DNA of 64,000 nt, taken from the IMG/VR virus record IMGVR_UViG_3300037760_000038, positions 7,275-71,274 of that record; one strand, written 5' to 3'. Position numbers and translations under genes: made by a program. The stretch is from a virus (taxonomy: Duplodnaviria > Caudoviricetes). Every line of letters begins with the position of its first letter. The stretch's first letter is position 1. The notes under the pieces were generated by a model. The model did not search any database, was not told the origin of the DNA, and was given only the letters and a program-made list of their open reading frames with translations. Positions 24,493 through 33,372 of the stretch are shown piece after piece.

Positions 24493-25173
24493 TTAACGCT
24501 GCTGAACCTGGAGATAGCAGCGGCAACGCGGGTGGGCGGGGGGCTGGCCGAAGACACCGGAGAACGTGGCCTCGTCAGAGCTGAAAGCTTCGGTGCTGGC
24601 AACAGTCTTACCGCTGAGGGGGCTACAGATGGGGCACACACGACGATCGCCGACTGTGACCCAAAGCAGATCAAACTGGTGACGTCGGGCGTACCACCGC
24701 TTGGCCCGGTTGTACGCGTCAATAACGCGCGTGATGACCTGAACGTGGATGGCGTTGGCAACGCTGATGACCCGATCCGCGATGTCGCCCACGCCGGACG
24801 CTACTGCCGCGCCAACAACGATGAGGGCGCTGCGAATGTCGCTATTGACATCAACGTCGGACAACAAGGCGGAAGGATCGGGCTCTTCATGCTCAGGGTT
24901 GGGGGGCTGCTCCTGCTGAGCATCGTCGATCCCCAATTCAACCGCCGCGACCATGGCCACAGTGATGGCCTCGACGATGGGAGCGCGGGCTTCCCGCAAG
25001 CGCTGAGCTACACGGGCGTTGCGGCGAGAAGCTTCAACCGGGGTGGGGACGGAGCGCGCGGCAAGACGCAACGCCGGAGCCAAAGCGCGGTCAACCGCTT
25101 CGTGAAGGTCAGACTCAAGCGTGTCAAGTCTGGAGATAAGGTCGAGTTCAGGCAACTCTGAAGGTGTGGCCAT
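24493..25173 (-). CDS. MuF/SPP1 gp7-like head morphogenesis domain protein (displaced)
   Basis: WVTVGDRRVCPIC..L.G..PPAHPRCRCYL. Confidence 0.8.
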   Translation of the reverse strand: MATPSELPELDLISRLDTLESDLHEAVDRALAPALRLAARSVPTPVEASRRNARVAQRLREARAPIVEAITVAMVAAVELGIDDAQQEQPPNPEHEEPDPSALLSDVDVNSDIRSALIVVGAAVASGVGDIADRVISVANAIHVQVITRVIDAYNRAKRWYARRHQFDLLWVTVGDRRVCPICSPLSGKTVASTEAFSSDEATFSGVFGQPPAHPRCRCYLQVQQR

Positions 25174-25184
25174 GACTCCTCCGG

Positions 25185-25433
25185 TCAGAACATTCGGGCC
25201 GATTCGCCCTCACGCTCAGAGCTGGGCGGTTCCACGTCCTCGAGCCAGCCTTGGATGCGATCCATGATCTCAGTGTGAGCGGTGACGGTTTCGCGCGCCA
25301 GGTCAGCCACGTTGGCTCGGCGGGTTTCAGGGCTGCTGTTGGCCAGATAGGCTCGAGCCAGCTGCGACCCATGGTCGAGCATCGTGCTCATGGTGGTGAG
25401 AAACTCAAAGTCTGTGCGGTCGATGTCTGCCAC
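25185..25433 (-). CDS. DUF305/ferritin-like helical protein (half domain)
   Basis: D.EFL..M..H...LA......VADLA.....H.EI..I.GWL pattern. Confidence 0.5.
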   Translation of the reverse strand: MADIDRTDFEFLTTMSTMLDHGSQLARAYLANSSPETRRANVADLARETVTAHTEIMDRIQGWLEDVEPPSSEREGESARMF

Positions 25434-25531
25434 GACGCTCTCCGATCAACCTAACGGTTTGGACCCGTCCGGGGTTGTCCGGACGGGTCCAGTGTATCAC
25501 GCGGCGGTCGGCCGGGGCAGACTGCGGCTGG

Positions 25532-27352
25532 TTAAGATCGCTGCGGTCGGCGATGGGCCGAAAATTCAGCAACGTGGGCGGTCATGTGACTGGAGCGCCA
25601 CCGCTGGTTGGCTGCCCGGTTGTCGACGATGAAGACGCGGCCGGAATCGTCTACGGACCTGACCAAACGGCCGATGGCCTGCGTGAGCACCGTGAGCATG
25701 GAATCGAAGTAGACGCTACGACCGTGAACCGCCTGGATCGCCTTCCATTCGAGCGTGGGGACTTCATAGGGCAGTTTCCACAGGATCACTTGACGCAGCG
25801 CCGGACCCGGGATGTCGAGACCGGTAAACAGCGAGCGCACGCCGACCAGAACGGCGTTGCCGTCCGCCTTGAAGTCCTCAATGTCCTGCTTCAGCTCGGC
25901 GGGATCGTCTTTGGGCTGGACGTAAACGTCGATACCCGGGCTCAGGCGACGGGCGATGGCGGGAACCACCGACTCCAGGTCAGCCCACGAAGTGAACAGC
26001 AGCAGAGTGCCACCGCCCGTGTCGTTGATGGCCGCCGCGACCTGCTCCACCCGCTTGATGAAATGGGACTGGTCCTTGGGGCTGTGGGGGCTAATGGCCA
26101 GCGTGGACTTGGAATAGTCGAACGGGTGACCCACGTTCTCGACCGTGGCCTTCAGACCCAAACGCCGAGGTGCACTCGACGGGATGGTGCCGCTCACCAG
26201 CACGGACGCCACCCCACCCGGAGCCAGAATCTGGTTGAACATGGGAGCAGCGTTCACACACCGACGCTTGAGGGTGGCTTCGATGACCTTTTTACCCTGG
26301 TAGTTGGTGGACTCGGCCAGCTCGATGATCGAGATGAAGTCGTCGTGCTCGGCTACGAAATCGACGAAGCGGGTGAGCCGCTTGGCCTCACGGCGGTACT
26401 CCTTGGCCAGATCGAAATCGACCCCTTCGGTGTTGGCGCGGTTCTCTAGGTCCTTGGCGTCTTCGCGCGCCTGGTTTGCCAGTTCAACCAGGCGAGGACT
26501 GCGGCTGAGCAGCGCTTCGGTCTGGTTGGCGCGAACCATGCGGCTGATGGCCTCCTGAGCCCACTGGCTCAGACCGTTGACCGCCTCGTAGACGGACGAA
26601 CCCGGCTTGATCTCGTCGCTGAGGCACTCACGGCCGATGGACTCAAGCTCGTGGCACTCGTCGACGAAGATGGTTGCGACGTCCGGCAGCAGCTGAGCGC
26701 CACCCTGCGTGAATCCACGCACCAGGTGGTCCCAAACCAGGACGTGTGCGTTGGTGATTACGACGTCGGCAGCCATGGCGCGCTTCTTGGCCTCGAACGA
26801 CCCGCACACATACTCGCAGGCGCACGACTGGTCGAGGTCGCGGTTGACCACGCCGTGCTGCGGACAGAAGTCGGATTCGATACTGGTGTCGCGTCCGCAG
26901 TCAGGGGAACCGGGGCAGCCGAAGGTGTAGTCGAGGCCAAGCTCGGCCCACTCGAGCTTTCCGGCCCGAACGAGGGTGCGATACTCCTGACGGGCGGTCC
27001 GGTCGGAGCCGGTGCGCTGGAGAGCCTTGGAGTTGGCGCAGACGTAACGAGATCGGCCCTTGATGTGGACAAAGTCACCGCCCACGACCCGAGAGATCTC
27101 GGGTGCGTCCTTGTTGACGTACTGGTCGATCAGCGAGTTGTTGGGGCAGATGACCAGGGACGGCACGCCGGTTTCGCGGCTGGTCTCCAGCGCGGTGGTC
27201 AGGATTGCGTAACTCTTGCCGGTGCCGGTGCCAGCCTGAACGAACTTGTGGTCGTCGTTGGCCGACGCCTGCCGGGCGTAATCGACCAGCTTGACCTGCT
27301 GAGGTCGGGGGGCGAGACCGAGCGAACTCATGGCCTCTTCAAAGACTCCCAC
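25532..27352 (-). CDS. DinG/YoaA-like SF2 helicase
   Basis: QAGTGTGKS, VDECHE, SGT, LFTS, GLDIPG, KLP, QAIGRLVR; Cys cluster region. Confidence 0.9.
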   Translation of the reverse strand: MGVFEEAMSSLGLAPRPQQVKLVDYARQASANDDHKFVQAGTGTGKSYAILTTALETSRETGVPSLVICPNNSLIDQYVNKDAPEISRVVGGDFVHIKGRSRYVCANSKALQRTGSDRTARQEYRTLVRAGKLEWAELGLDYTFGCPGSPDCGRDTSIESDFCPQHGVVNRDLDQSCACEYVCGSFEAKKRAMAADVVITNAHVLVWDHLVRGFTQGGAQLLPDVATIFVDECHELESIGRECLSDEIKPGSSVYEAVNGLSQWAQEAISRMVRANQTEALLSRSPRLVELANQAREDAKDLENRANTEGVDFDLAKEYRREAKRLTRFVDFVAEHDDFISIIELAESTNYQGKKVIEATLKRRCVNAAPMFNQILAPGGVASVLVSGTIPSSAPRRLGLKATVENVGHPFDYSKSTLAISPHSPKDQSHFIKRVEQVAAAINDTGGGTLLLFTSWADLESVVPAIARRLSPGIDVYVQPKDDPAELKQDIEDFKADGNAVLVGVRSLFTGLDIPGPALRQVILWKLPYEVPTLEWKAIQAVHGRSVYFDSMLTVLTQAIGRLVRSVDDSGRVFIVDNRAANQRWRSSHMTAHVAEFSAHRRPQRS

Positions 27353-27382
27353 TGGGGTTTCCTCCTCGGTTGTTGTTCGTCC

Positions 27383-27412
27383 AGGGTAGCACACGACTTG
27401 CTTAGTTGTCAA
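27383..27412 (-). promoter_or_regulatory. promoter
   Basis: TTGACA-18-TACCCT. Confidence 0.7.
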
Positions 27413-27421
27413 GTGGCTTGA

Positions 27422-27778
27422 TCAGCAGAACGCCGCCCCCACCCATACTTGCCACGCAAGGATGAACACGACCGCAGCACCGGCCGAACCCAGGGTTATG
27501 CCAAGGGCGATGGGCCAAGCGTCTTCCAGGGCGTCCAAGAAGCGCTCACGGGCACCCGGCCAGCCCGCCCGCGTGCGGGCCAGCAGCCGCGCATGCCCCG
27601 GGACGGCCTCCCGTGGGGTCTTCCTGGACCTCTTGCGGTGTCCCGGGGCCCCGGGCCCGGCGGGGGTGCTCTGTGCGCTCCCGTGGCCTTCCGTGGCCTC
27701 TTGGGGGTCAATGCGGGGAAGCTGTAGTGTGTCGTCGTTCATGACGGGTAGGGTGATGGTTTCTTCTTCGTCGTCCAT
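27422..27778 (-). CDS. membrane protein with C-terminal TM helix
   Basis: AWPIALGITLGSAGAAVVFILAWQVWV; promoter TTGCTT-18-TAGACT at 27824-27853. Confidence 0.6.
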   Translation of the reverse strand: MDDEEETITLPVMNDDTLQLPRIDPQEATEGHGSAQSTPAGPGAPGHRKRSRKTPREAVPGHARLLARTRAGWPGARERFLDALEDAWPIALGITLGSAGAAVVFILAWQVWVGAAFC

Positions 27779-27854
27779 TGGGGTTGCAAAACCTTTTTCG
27801 TGGGTTGTTGTGGTTATGGCGCCAGTCTATCAGTTTTCATGCGTAAGAAGCAAA

Positions 27855-28340
27855 TCGCAGGGGGGGTATCGCGGCCTGGAGTACGGGGGGCAGCTCCGGA
27901 TGCGCACGGGAGTGCACGCACAAAAGGGCCGTGCAGCCGGGAACGAGTTACCCTCGTTACCCTTGTATATAAAAATTTTCGTGTTAGTTGCTCCGTTCCC
28001 AATCAGAGGGTATTACTGATTAGTAACTTGCGTTGACGACAATGGAACGCCATGGGTTACGAGATGGGTCTTCCGAGCCGTAACCCCCACCAAATGCCGC
28101 TCGTAACCCCCTAACAACGGGTGAGCGTTACATAACGCCTCGCGCCGGTAACGTGGGGGGTATCGCGGCGCCAGGGTTCCCTGCGGTACCCCCCGCGAAA
28201 CCCCCCGGCACCCCGCATGGGACGGCCTCCGCCGGGCGTGCCAGCGGAGGCCAGAGAAGGGGTCTCGGAGAGCCTAGGAGCGCCCGGTGGGCACCGCGTA
28301 CCGGGCACCACGGGCGGTGGCGCTCTAGGGGCCTTCCGTA
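27855..28340. other. putative replication origin (non-coding, iterons plus AT-rich tract)
   Basis: GTTACCC/GTAACCC repeats, TGTATATAAAAATTTT, 15-bp direct repeat at 27861 and 28155; lies next to the primase gene. Confidence 0.5.
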
Positions 28341-28343
28341 ATC

Positions 28344-28544
28344 TTACGGTTGTTGACTCGGAGGATACACTTCCCCCGAACGAAGGTGCTGGTCCCAATC
28401 GAACGGAACTTCGTACTGCGTCTGGCAACCGGAGCAAATAAAGCACTTGACGCCGCGTGCCTGGTCGTCAAAAGCTGTGACGTCGATCTGTTCCACGTTG
28501 CACGATCGGTGGGGATCAGTCGTCATCGGGCAACTCCTCCTCAA
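28344..28544 (-). CDS. small Cys-containing hypothetical protein
   Basis: CFICSGC; overlaps the primase 3' end. Confidence 0.5.
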   Translation of the reverse strand: MRRSCPMTTDPHRSCNVEQIDVTAFDDQARGVKCFICSGCQTQYEVPFDWDQHLRSGEVYPPSQQP

Positions 28545-31026
28545 TTTCGTCGGCCTGTCCCGCTCGACCCATCACCAGCTCGGCGATACCGTCTGTCAGG
28601 GCCAGGTATTTGGCTTTACGCTTGTTGATGCGATCCACCCACTTAGCCTTGCCGTTGGAATCGACGCCATTGGCCTTGAGTTCGGCGCGGATGGCGTCCT
28701 CTGCGCCGAGCTGTCGTTCACGCGGTGACAGCCCCTGACGTGCTCGCCACGCGTCGGCCAGCCGAGCGGGTGAAACCCACACCGTGGCGGTCTTGTCGTC
28801 CCAGTAAACCGCCTGGTGACCGTTGGCCGACGTAGGCATTAGGTTAGCCCGCAGGAACCACGGAACGATTTCGGCAATCACGTAGTTGATGTTGCCGCCG
28901 TCACCTTGCCCGGAGCACCACGCGTCTACTCGTTCGACATGTGACTCGTCGCCAGTCACGTCGGCCAGAATCCGGGCGCCCATGCGGATGATGGCCATCT
29001 TGTCGCCGTGACGGCCTGAGCTGGTACGGAGAGCCGACAAATCAGCCAGCATCGACGCCCGACTCAACACCAAACCGACGATGGTACCTGCCACCTTGGA
29101 CAGATCCGAGGGCTTACCGCCGTAGTGCTGCTGCAACGCTTCGATGTCGTCCCATTGCTTGCGGGTCGGGTCCTTCAGGGACATGCGATCCTTGGGGCTG
29201 CTGATTTCCAGCGACACCGCACGGTCGCGCATCGCCTTCTCGGACATCACCGACCCGAGACCTTCGCCCGAAATCACCAACGGGCAAAGCAACTGCGCAG
29301 CTTCGGTTTCCCGGCGGTCGGTTCCTTTCTTTGACTTGTAGCCCTCAGCGGTGAGCTGCCGGATCATGTCCTGAAGGTCGCCCATCTCGGTCATGTCGTC
29401 GAGCCAGGTAATCCCGTTGCGGTGTCCGGCCAGCGCGTCCCGGAACGCAGGTGCGGTGTACTGACCGTGGCCGTTGGTGTTGCCTGCGAGAGCGACCATC
29501 ATCGCAAAGAAGCCGGTAGACTTGCCCGACTCGGACGGAGCCTCGATCGACATGAACGGGAACTGTGACGCCTGATACTGACCCTTCAGCAACGCCATGG
29601 CCCACCACGACCCGAACACCGACGTTACGGTCTCGTCCTGGAAGGTCATCACCTCGCGTAGCACCTCAACGGCCTCATCCTGAGAAACCGTGCCATAGTT
29701 GTACGGAGCCCACGATGTCAGAATCGCGTCAGGAACCGACCCCTCATGCGGAGCGATGCCGTCAGCGGTCACGATACCGTCGTGCGCGATGAACTGCTGA
29801 AGGGTGGAATTCCAGCCGAGGTGGCGGACCGCGTTGGACGCGGTGGCCTCCTGAGCCTTGACGTACTTGTTCAACCGGGCGCGATGCGGGTATCCGGCGT
29901 ACTTGTCGTAAGGCTGAGGCAGGATCACCGCGCCGCGCGGATTGAGCCACCCCGCCAGCTTGGCTTCAGTGGAGAAGATGGCGGGATCGAGCTGCAAATT
30001 TTCCTGCACGCCGTCCGTAGTGATCAGATCCACGGTGTAGACCTGGGTTCCGTCGACGGATCGAGTGATCGACTTGACGCGAATGTCGAAGTCAGCCCAC
30101 TCACCCCGGACCAACTTCTTGTCGTCACCCACGCCGATCTCACACAGAGTGTACAGCTTCTCCCCGTCGCCCACAAGCCAGCCGTTGCCCTGGACCGGTT
30201 CTTCGACCTTGGAGTGTTCAGCTCGCCAGATCGATTCGACAGTTTTCATGAAGGGTCCTTCCTCGATCGGGTCGAGGGATGCCCAGTTGTAGTTCATCAT
30301 GCGCGCCAAATACCGATCGTAAAACCGGCGTTCAGCCTTAGCTTCGAACCCTGCCACCCTCGCCAGCCAGTTGTTTCCTCGGGATGAATCATCCGGCGGT
30401 CGCATCAACTCCTGCGCCAGTGTAGTTCCGGAGCCCCCCGTGCTGACGTTACCACTGATGCGCTTAGGCTGGTTCTCCTTGCGCAGACACTCGGGCGCAT
30501 CCAGCAGTTCGCCCTCAACCCACTCGTAAACGCGGCCAGTCTTGTGGACTGAGGGCGGCATAACAACGCCACCCCCCTCCCCTCGGAAATCGTAACCGAG
30601 GTCGTCGTCCGAATGGCCCGCCCATGGGCGGGCGTCGTCCTCGCGAAGGGAGAAGTGAAGGTGCTTGCCGACAAACCCGGACTCATCGCGACGGCCTGAA
30701 GTGACCTTCAGCGCTCGGTCGAATACGTCGTCGCCGATCTTCTCTCGCCAGAACGCCTCAGCTTCCGGGCTGTCAACGTCCAGAGCCACACGCTTGCTGA
30801 TCTGTCCGGTTGCCAGCCACAAGCCGTATGTTGCGGTCTCGTACGTGCTAGCGAGGTCGGGGTACGTCGGCCGGTCGGCCTTGATCCAGTCTTTTTGCCA
30901 CTTGATGCCGAAATCCGTGCCGGGGTTCTTACCGCCTTTTTTCAACGGGAAGATCGTGAGTCCCTGCTCGTGGTACTCACGCCACCAGCCAATCAAGGTT
31001 TTGGTCTTTTCCATGGTCACCTCCAC
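28516..31026 (-). CDS. bifunctional primase-polymerase fused to P-loop helicase
   Basis: GLTIFPL..GKNP, LDVD, GKHLHF, DFRGEGGGVVMPPS; APSESGKST, WLDD. Confidence 0.88.
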   Translation of the reverse strand: MEVTMEKTKTLIGWWREYHEQGLTIFPLKKGGKNPGTDFGIKWQKDWIKADRPTYPDLASTYETATYGLWLATGQISKRVALDVDSPEAEAFWREKIGDDVFDRALKVTSGRRDESGFVGKHLHFSLREDDARPWAGHSDDDLGYDFRGEGGGVVMPPSVHKTGRVYEWVEGELLDAPECLRKENQPKRISGNVSTGGSGTTLAQELMRPPDDSSRGNNWLARVAGFEAKAERRFYDRYLARMMNYNWASLDPIEEGPFMKTVESIWRAEHSKVEEPVQGNGWLVGDGEKLYTLCEIGVGDDKKLVRGEWADFDIRVKSITRSVDGTQVYTVDLITTDGVQENLQLDPAIFSTEAKLAGWLNPRGAVILPQPYDKYAGYPHRARLNKYVKAQEATASNAVRHLGWNSTLQQFIAHDGIVTADGIAPHEGSVPDAILTSWAPYNYGTVSQDEAVEVLREVMTFQDETVTSVFGSWWAMALLKGQYQASQFPFMSIEAPSESGKSTGFFAMMVALAGNTNGHGQYTAPAFRDALAGHRNGITWLDDMTEMGDLQDMIRQLTAEGYKSKKGTDRRETEAAQLLCPLVISGEGLGSVMSEKAMRDRAVSLEISSPKDRMSLKDPTRKQWDDIEALQQHYGGKPSDLSKVAGTIVGLVLSRASMLADLSALRTSSGRHGDKMAIIRMGARILADVTGDESHVERVDAWCSGQGDGGNINYVIAEIVPWFLRANLMPTSANGHQAVYWDDKTATVWVSPARLADAWRARQGLSPRERQLGAEDAIRAELKANGVDSNGKAKWVDRINKRKAKYLALTDGIAELVMGRAGQADEIEEELPDDD

Positions 31027-31109
31027 GGTTAAAACCTTTCTGGTATGGGCCGACCCCCATCAGTGTAGTGATGGGGGTCGGCGGTTGAACTTCTACGAGG
31101 GCGGAGGGA

Positions 31110-31598
31110 TCAGAACAGCGGCTCCTCCGTGCTGCCGCCCTTATCCATGTTCGGGCTGGCACCGGCGCCCGAGGTGCCCACGTCCGGGTCGTCGGCGTCG
31201 AGCGGCAGGAGACGCTGGATCTCGCTCCGCTCCTCGCCCTTCCGGGCGCCCTGCTGGATGGTGCCGGTGACGATGACCGCCTTGACGCGCTTCTTCACCA
31301 GGTCCTCGGTGTCGGTGTCGGTCGGCACGCCGAACGCAGCGAAGGTCTCCTTCAGCTTGAAGAACGCGGCCTCGCTGAGGCTGGTGTTAGTCCAGAACCG
31401 GCGACCGGCGTAGTCCAGGTCCTTGCCGTCGTGGGTCTCCGGGACCTCGAAGGTCCACTTCCAGTACGGGCCCTTGCCGCCCTCGCCGACCTCGACGTCC
31501 TCGCGGAGTTCCAGGACGTAGACCCCATCCGGGACCGGCTTGAAACCGTCCTCGGCCTTCTCGACCTTCCGGGCGGTCTCGGTGTTGAGCTTTGCCAT
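31110..31598 (-). CDS. ssDNA-binding protein (DUF669-like)
   Basis: GFKPVPDGVY, YWKWTF, acidic tail ending EEPLF. Confidence 0.75.
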   Translation of the reverse strand: MAKLNTETARKVEKAEDGFKPVPDGVYVLELREDVEVGEGGKGPYWKWTFEVPETHDGKDLDYAGRRFWTNTSLSEAAFFKLKETFAAFGVPTDTDTEDLVKKRVKAVIVTGTIQQGARKGEERSEIQRLLPLDADDPDVGTSGAGASPNMDKGGSTEEPLF

Positions 31599-31649
31599 GG
31601 TGTTTTTCTCCTCGTGTCTTGTCGTCCGGGGCGCCCCCCGGTGGTTCCT

Positions 31650-31680
31650 ACTGTATCATACCGCTTGCTAGCGGCGCAAG
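31650..31680 (-). promoter_or_regulatory. promoter
   Basis: TTGCGC-18-TACAGT; CTTGCT-N5-CGCAAG. Confidence 0.75.
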
Positions 31681-31682
31681 TC

Positions 31683-32510
31683 CTACTGGCTGGTGTCTGA
31701 CTCGTCCAGGCCGAGTCGCTTGTTGCGAGCGATCTGGAAGGGGTCTTCCTTGGCGTGGTCGAACCAGTGATCGTGGGTCGACTCGACATATTCGACCACA
31801 CGGTCGAACGTCGGGTTGGCCATGTGGGGCGGGAGAGCGCCGAACCGGTCCTTGCCCCGATACTTCCCGATCGGCCGCGTAATGCCGGTATATCGGGACC
31901 GATCCTCTTCGTCACCGTGGCCGACTGCCGCGTAGATGGCGATATCGACGTACCCCACCAGGTCGGACGCGAACTTGGGGGTTAGAGCGGGTCGATACAC
32001 CACCCCGTCGTTATCGACATCGCGCTTGTCGAGGCACACGAACGCGGTGTGACACGGAAGGTCGCGGAACCGTCGAGACACGCGGCGAACCATCTCGGTC
32101 ATCTTGCCGTAGTCGTCGCGGTCCACCTGGAACGGGTCGTCTTCCATGGTCTTGGAGCGCCGGTCGTGACGTTCGTCGACAATGGACTCGACCAGTTTCT
32201 TCTGGATCTCGGTCATGGAGTCAAACACGACCCCGGCCAGCGACTCCGGTTCCCGTTCGAGCTGTGCCTTGGTGCTCCAGTACAGCTTGTCGAGATCGCT
32301 GTAGCACGTCACAGTGTAGGGGTGCAGATTGGCCGTGGGAATCCCGAGACGCCGCAGAGGCTTAGCCTTAAGGCCAGCCTCTGCGTTGACGTACACTACG
32401 TGCCCCAGCTTGGCCATGTGAGCCGCAGCGGTGGTTTTGCCTCCGCCGGACTCCCCGTAATACATAGCGTTGACGAACTCTTCAGTTTCGTCGAGTGTGG
32501 GAAGTGTCAT
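31683..32510 (-). CDS. AAA_24/Sak4-like ATPase
   Basis: YYGESGGGKTT, VFDSMTE, GKDRF. Confidence 0.85.
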   Translation of the reverse strand: MTLPTLDETEEFVNAMYYGESGGGKTTAAAHMAKLGHVVYVNAEAGLKAKPLRRLGIPTANLHPYTVTCYSDLDKLYWSTKAQLEREPESLAGVVFDSMTEIQKKLVESIVDERHDRRSKTMEDDPFQVDRDDYGKMTEMVRRVSRRFRDLPCHTAFVCLDKRDVDNDGVVYRPALTPKFASDLVGYVDIAIYAAVGHGDEEDRSRYTGITRPIGKYRGKDRFGALPPHMANPTFDRVVEYVESTHDHWFDHAKEDPFQIARNKRLGLDESDTSQ

Positions 32511-32559
32511 GTGTTGTGTCTCCTGTCTGCGAACCGGTCGCCGTACGGCTCCGGCAGCG

Positions 32560-32613
32560 CGTGGTCACTGGAATAGAACCAGTCGAGGAAACCTCGGCGA
32601 ACCTGCGACCACG
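32560..32613 (-). ncRNA. tRNA-like mini-RNA A (acceptor stem and T-arm, no anticodon arm)
   Basis: CGTGGTC/GACCACG stem; ACTGG-TTCTATT-CCAGT T-arm; CGAGG/CCTCG hairpin. Confidence 0.6.
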
Positions 32614-32666
32614 GAAGGAGCGACCTTCCGCTTGCCAGTCGTTCGGGTCGCGACTCCCGACGACAG

Positions 32667-32784
32667 TGGGCACGGCGGGATTTGAACCCACTCGGTCAGA
32701 CGCGATGCGCCCGTGACCTCTCGCCTACCGCTATCCGCCAACCGGTGCCACGTCTGGCCCTCTGATTGGAGAATAACCGTGCCC
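32667..32784 (-). ncRNA. tRNA/tmRNA-like RNA B (118 nt)
   Basis: GGGCACG/CGTGCCC-A acceptor; GTGGG-TTCAAAT-CCCGC T-arm; GGCCAGACG/CGTCTGACC helix enclosing about 48 nt. Confidence 0.65.
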
Positions 32785-32852
32785 GTCCCGACAGGGACCC
32801 TGAGTGTCGGGGATGTTGCTGGCGCCCCGGCGTGCACACCGTTGGGTCGTCG

Positions 32853-32922
32853 TGGACGTGTCGGGATTCGAACCCGCCTCGGCTCCATGCTGGATCTCGC
32901 ACCGAGTGTACCTTTCACGCCC
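32853..32922 (-). ncRNA. tmRNA tRNA-like-domain mimic C (70 nt, G3:U70)
   Basis: GGGCGTG/CACGTCC-A; unstemmed D-loop AAAGGTACA; CGGG-TTCGAAT-CCCG; CTCGG/CCGAG helix. Confidence 0.65.
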
Positions 32923-32925
32923 TGG

Positions 32926-32992
32926 GCGGCAGGGCACCCTACTAAGCCGGGTTATTTAAGCTGTGCAGCGTTGAAAGCACAGCCCCTGCCGC
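32926..32992 (-). ncRNA. three-way-junction RNA D
   Basis: GCGGCAGGG/CCCTGCCGC outer stem; GCTGTGC/GCACAGC and ACCC/GGGT hairpins. Confidence 0.5.
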
Positions 32993-33002
32993 AGAACCGT
33001 TG

Positions 33003-33069
33003 TGGGCGACCGGTGGTTACCATAGCCGGTGCAGGCGCCGCTGCAAGGGACAAACAGCGGCGTCGCCCA
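33003..33069 (-). ncRNA. three-way-junction RNA E
   Basis: TGGGCGA/TCGCCCA outer stem; GCCGCTG/CAGCGGC and CCGG/CCGG hairpins; same topology as D. Confidence 0.5.
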
Positions 33070-33078
33070 TTCGGGTGG

Positions 33079-33237
33079 TCAGTAGGTCTCGGTGCCGTCG
33101 CCGATGCCCTCAGCGATCTGGTTGTAGTCCTGGCCGTCGTTGGACTGCTTCAGCTCCTTCAGCTCCTGCATGGAAACCTTCGGACCGCCGTCGGCCTCGA
33201 AGTAACCCTTCAGCTCCTTGATGGTGGCCTTAGCCAT
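33079..33237 (-). CDS. 52-aa protein (not in the ORF track)
   Basis: RBS AAGGAG; MAKATIKELKGYFEADGGPKVSMQELKELK...; strong GC3 bias. Confidence 0.75.
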   Translation of the reverse strand: MAKATIKELKGYFEADGGPKVSMQELKELKQSNDGQDYNQIAEGIGDGTETY

Positions 33238-33342
33238 GGTGGACGCTCCTTGTTGGAATCGGTGTTGGGTTTTGAGGCTCAGCCCCTGGGAGGGGACCGC
33301 AGGGGCTGAGCCGGTCCGAGGAGGAACTGCCGGACAAGTCCT

Positions 33343-33372
33343 ATCCTACCATGCGCCTTGCTCCTCTGTCAA
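33343..33372 (-). promoter_or_regulatory. promoter for the 52-aa ORF and RNA array
   Basis: TTGACA-18-TAGGAT. Confidence 0.75.

Noticed and set aside
32667-32922. canonical tRNA genes or a full tmRNA
   Set aside because: No D-stem plus 7-nt anticodon loop with U33, and no room for a tag ORF; reported as tRNA-like RNAs instead.
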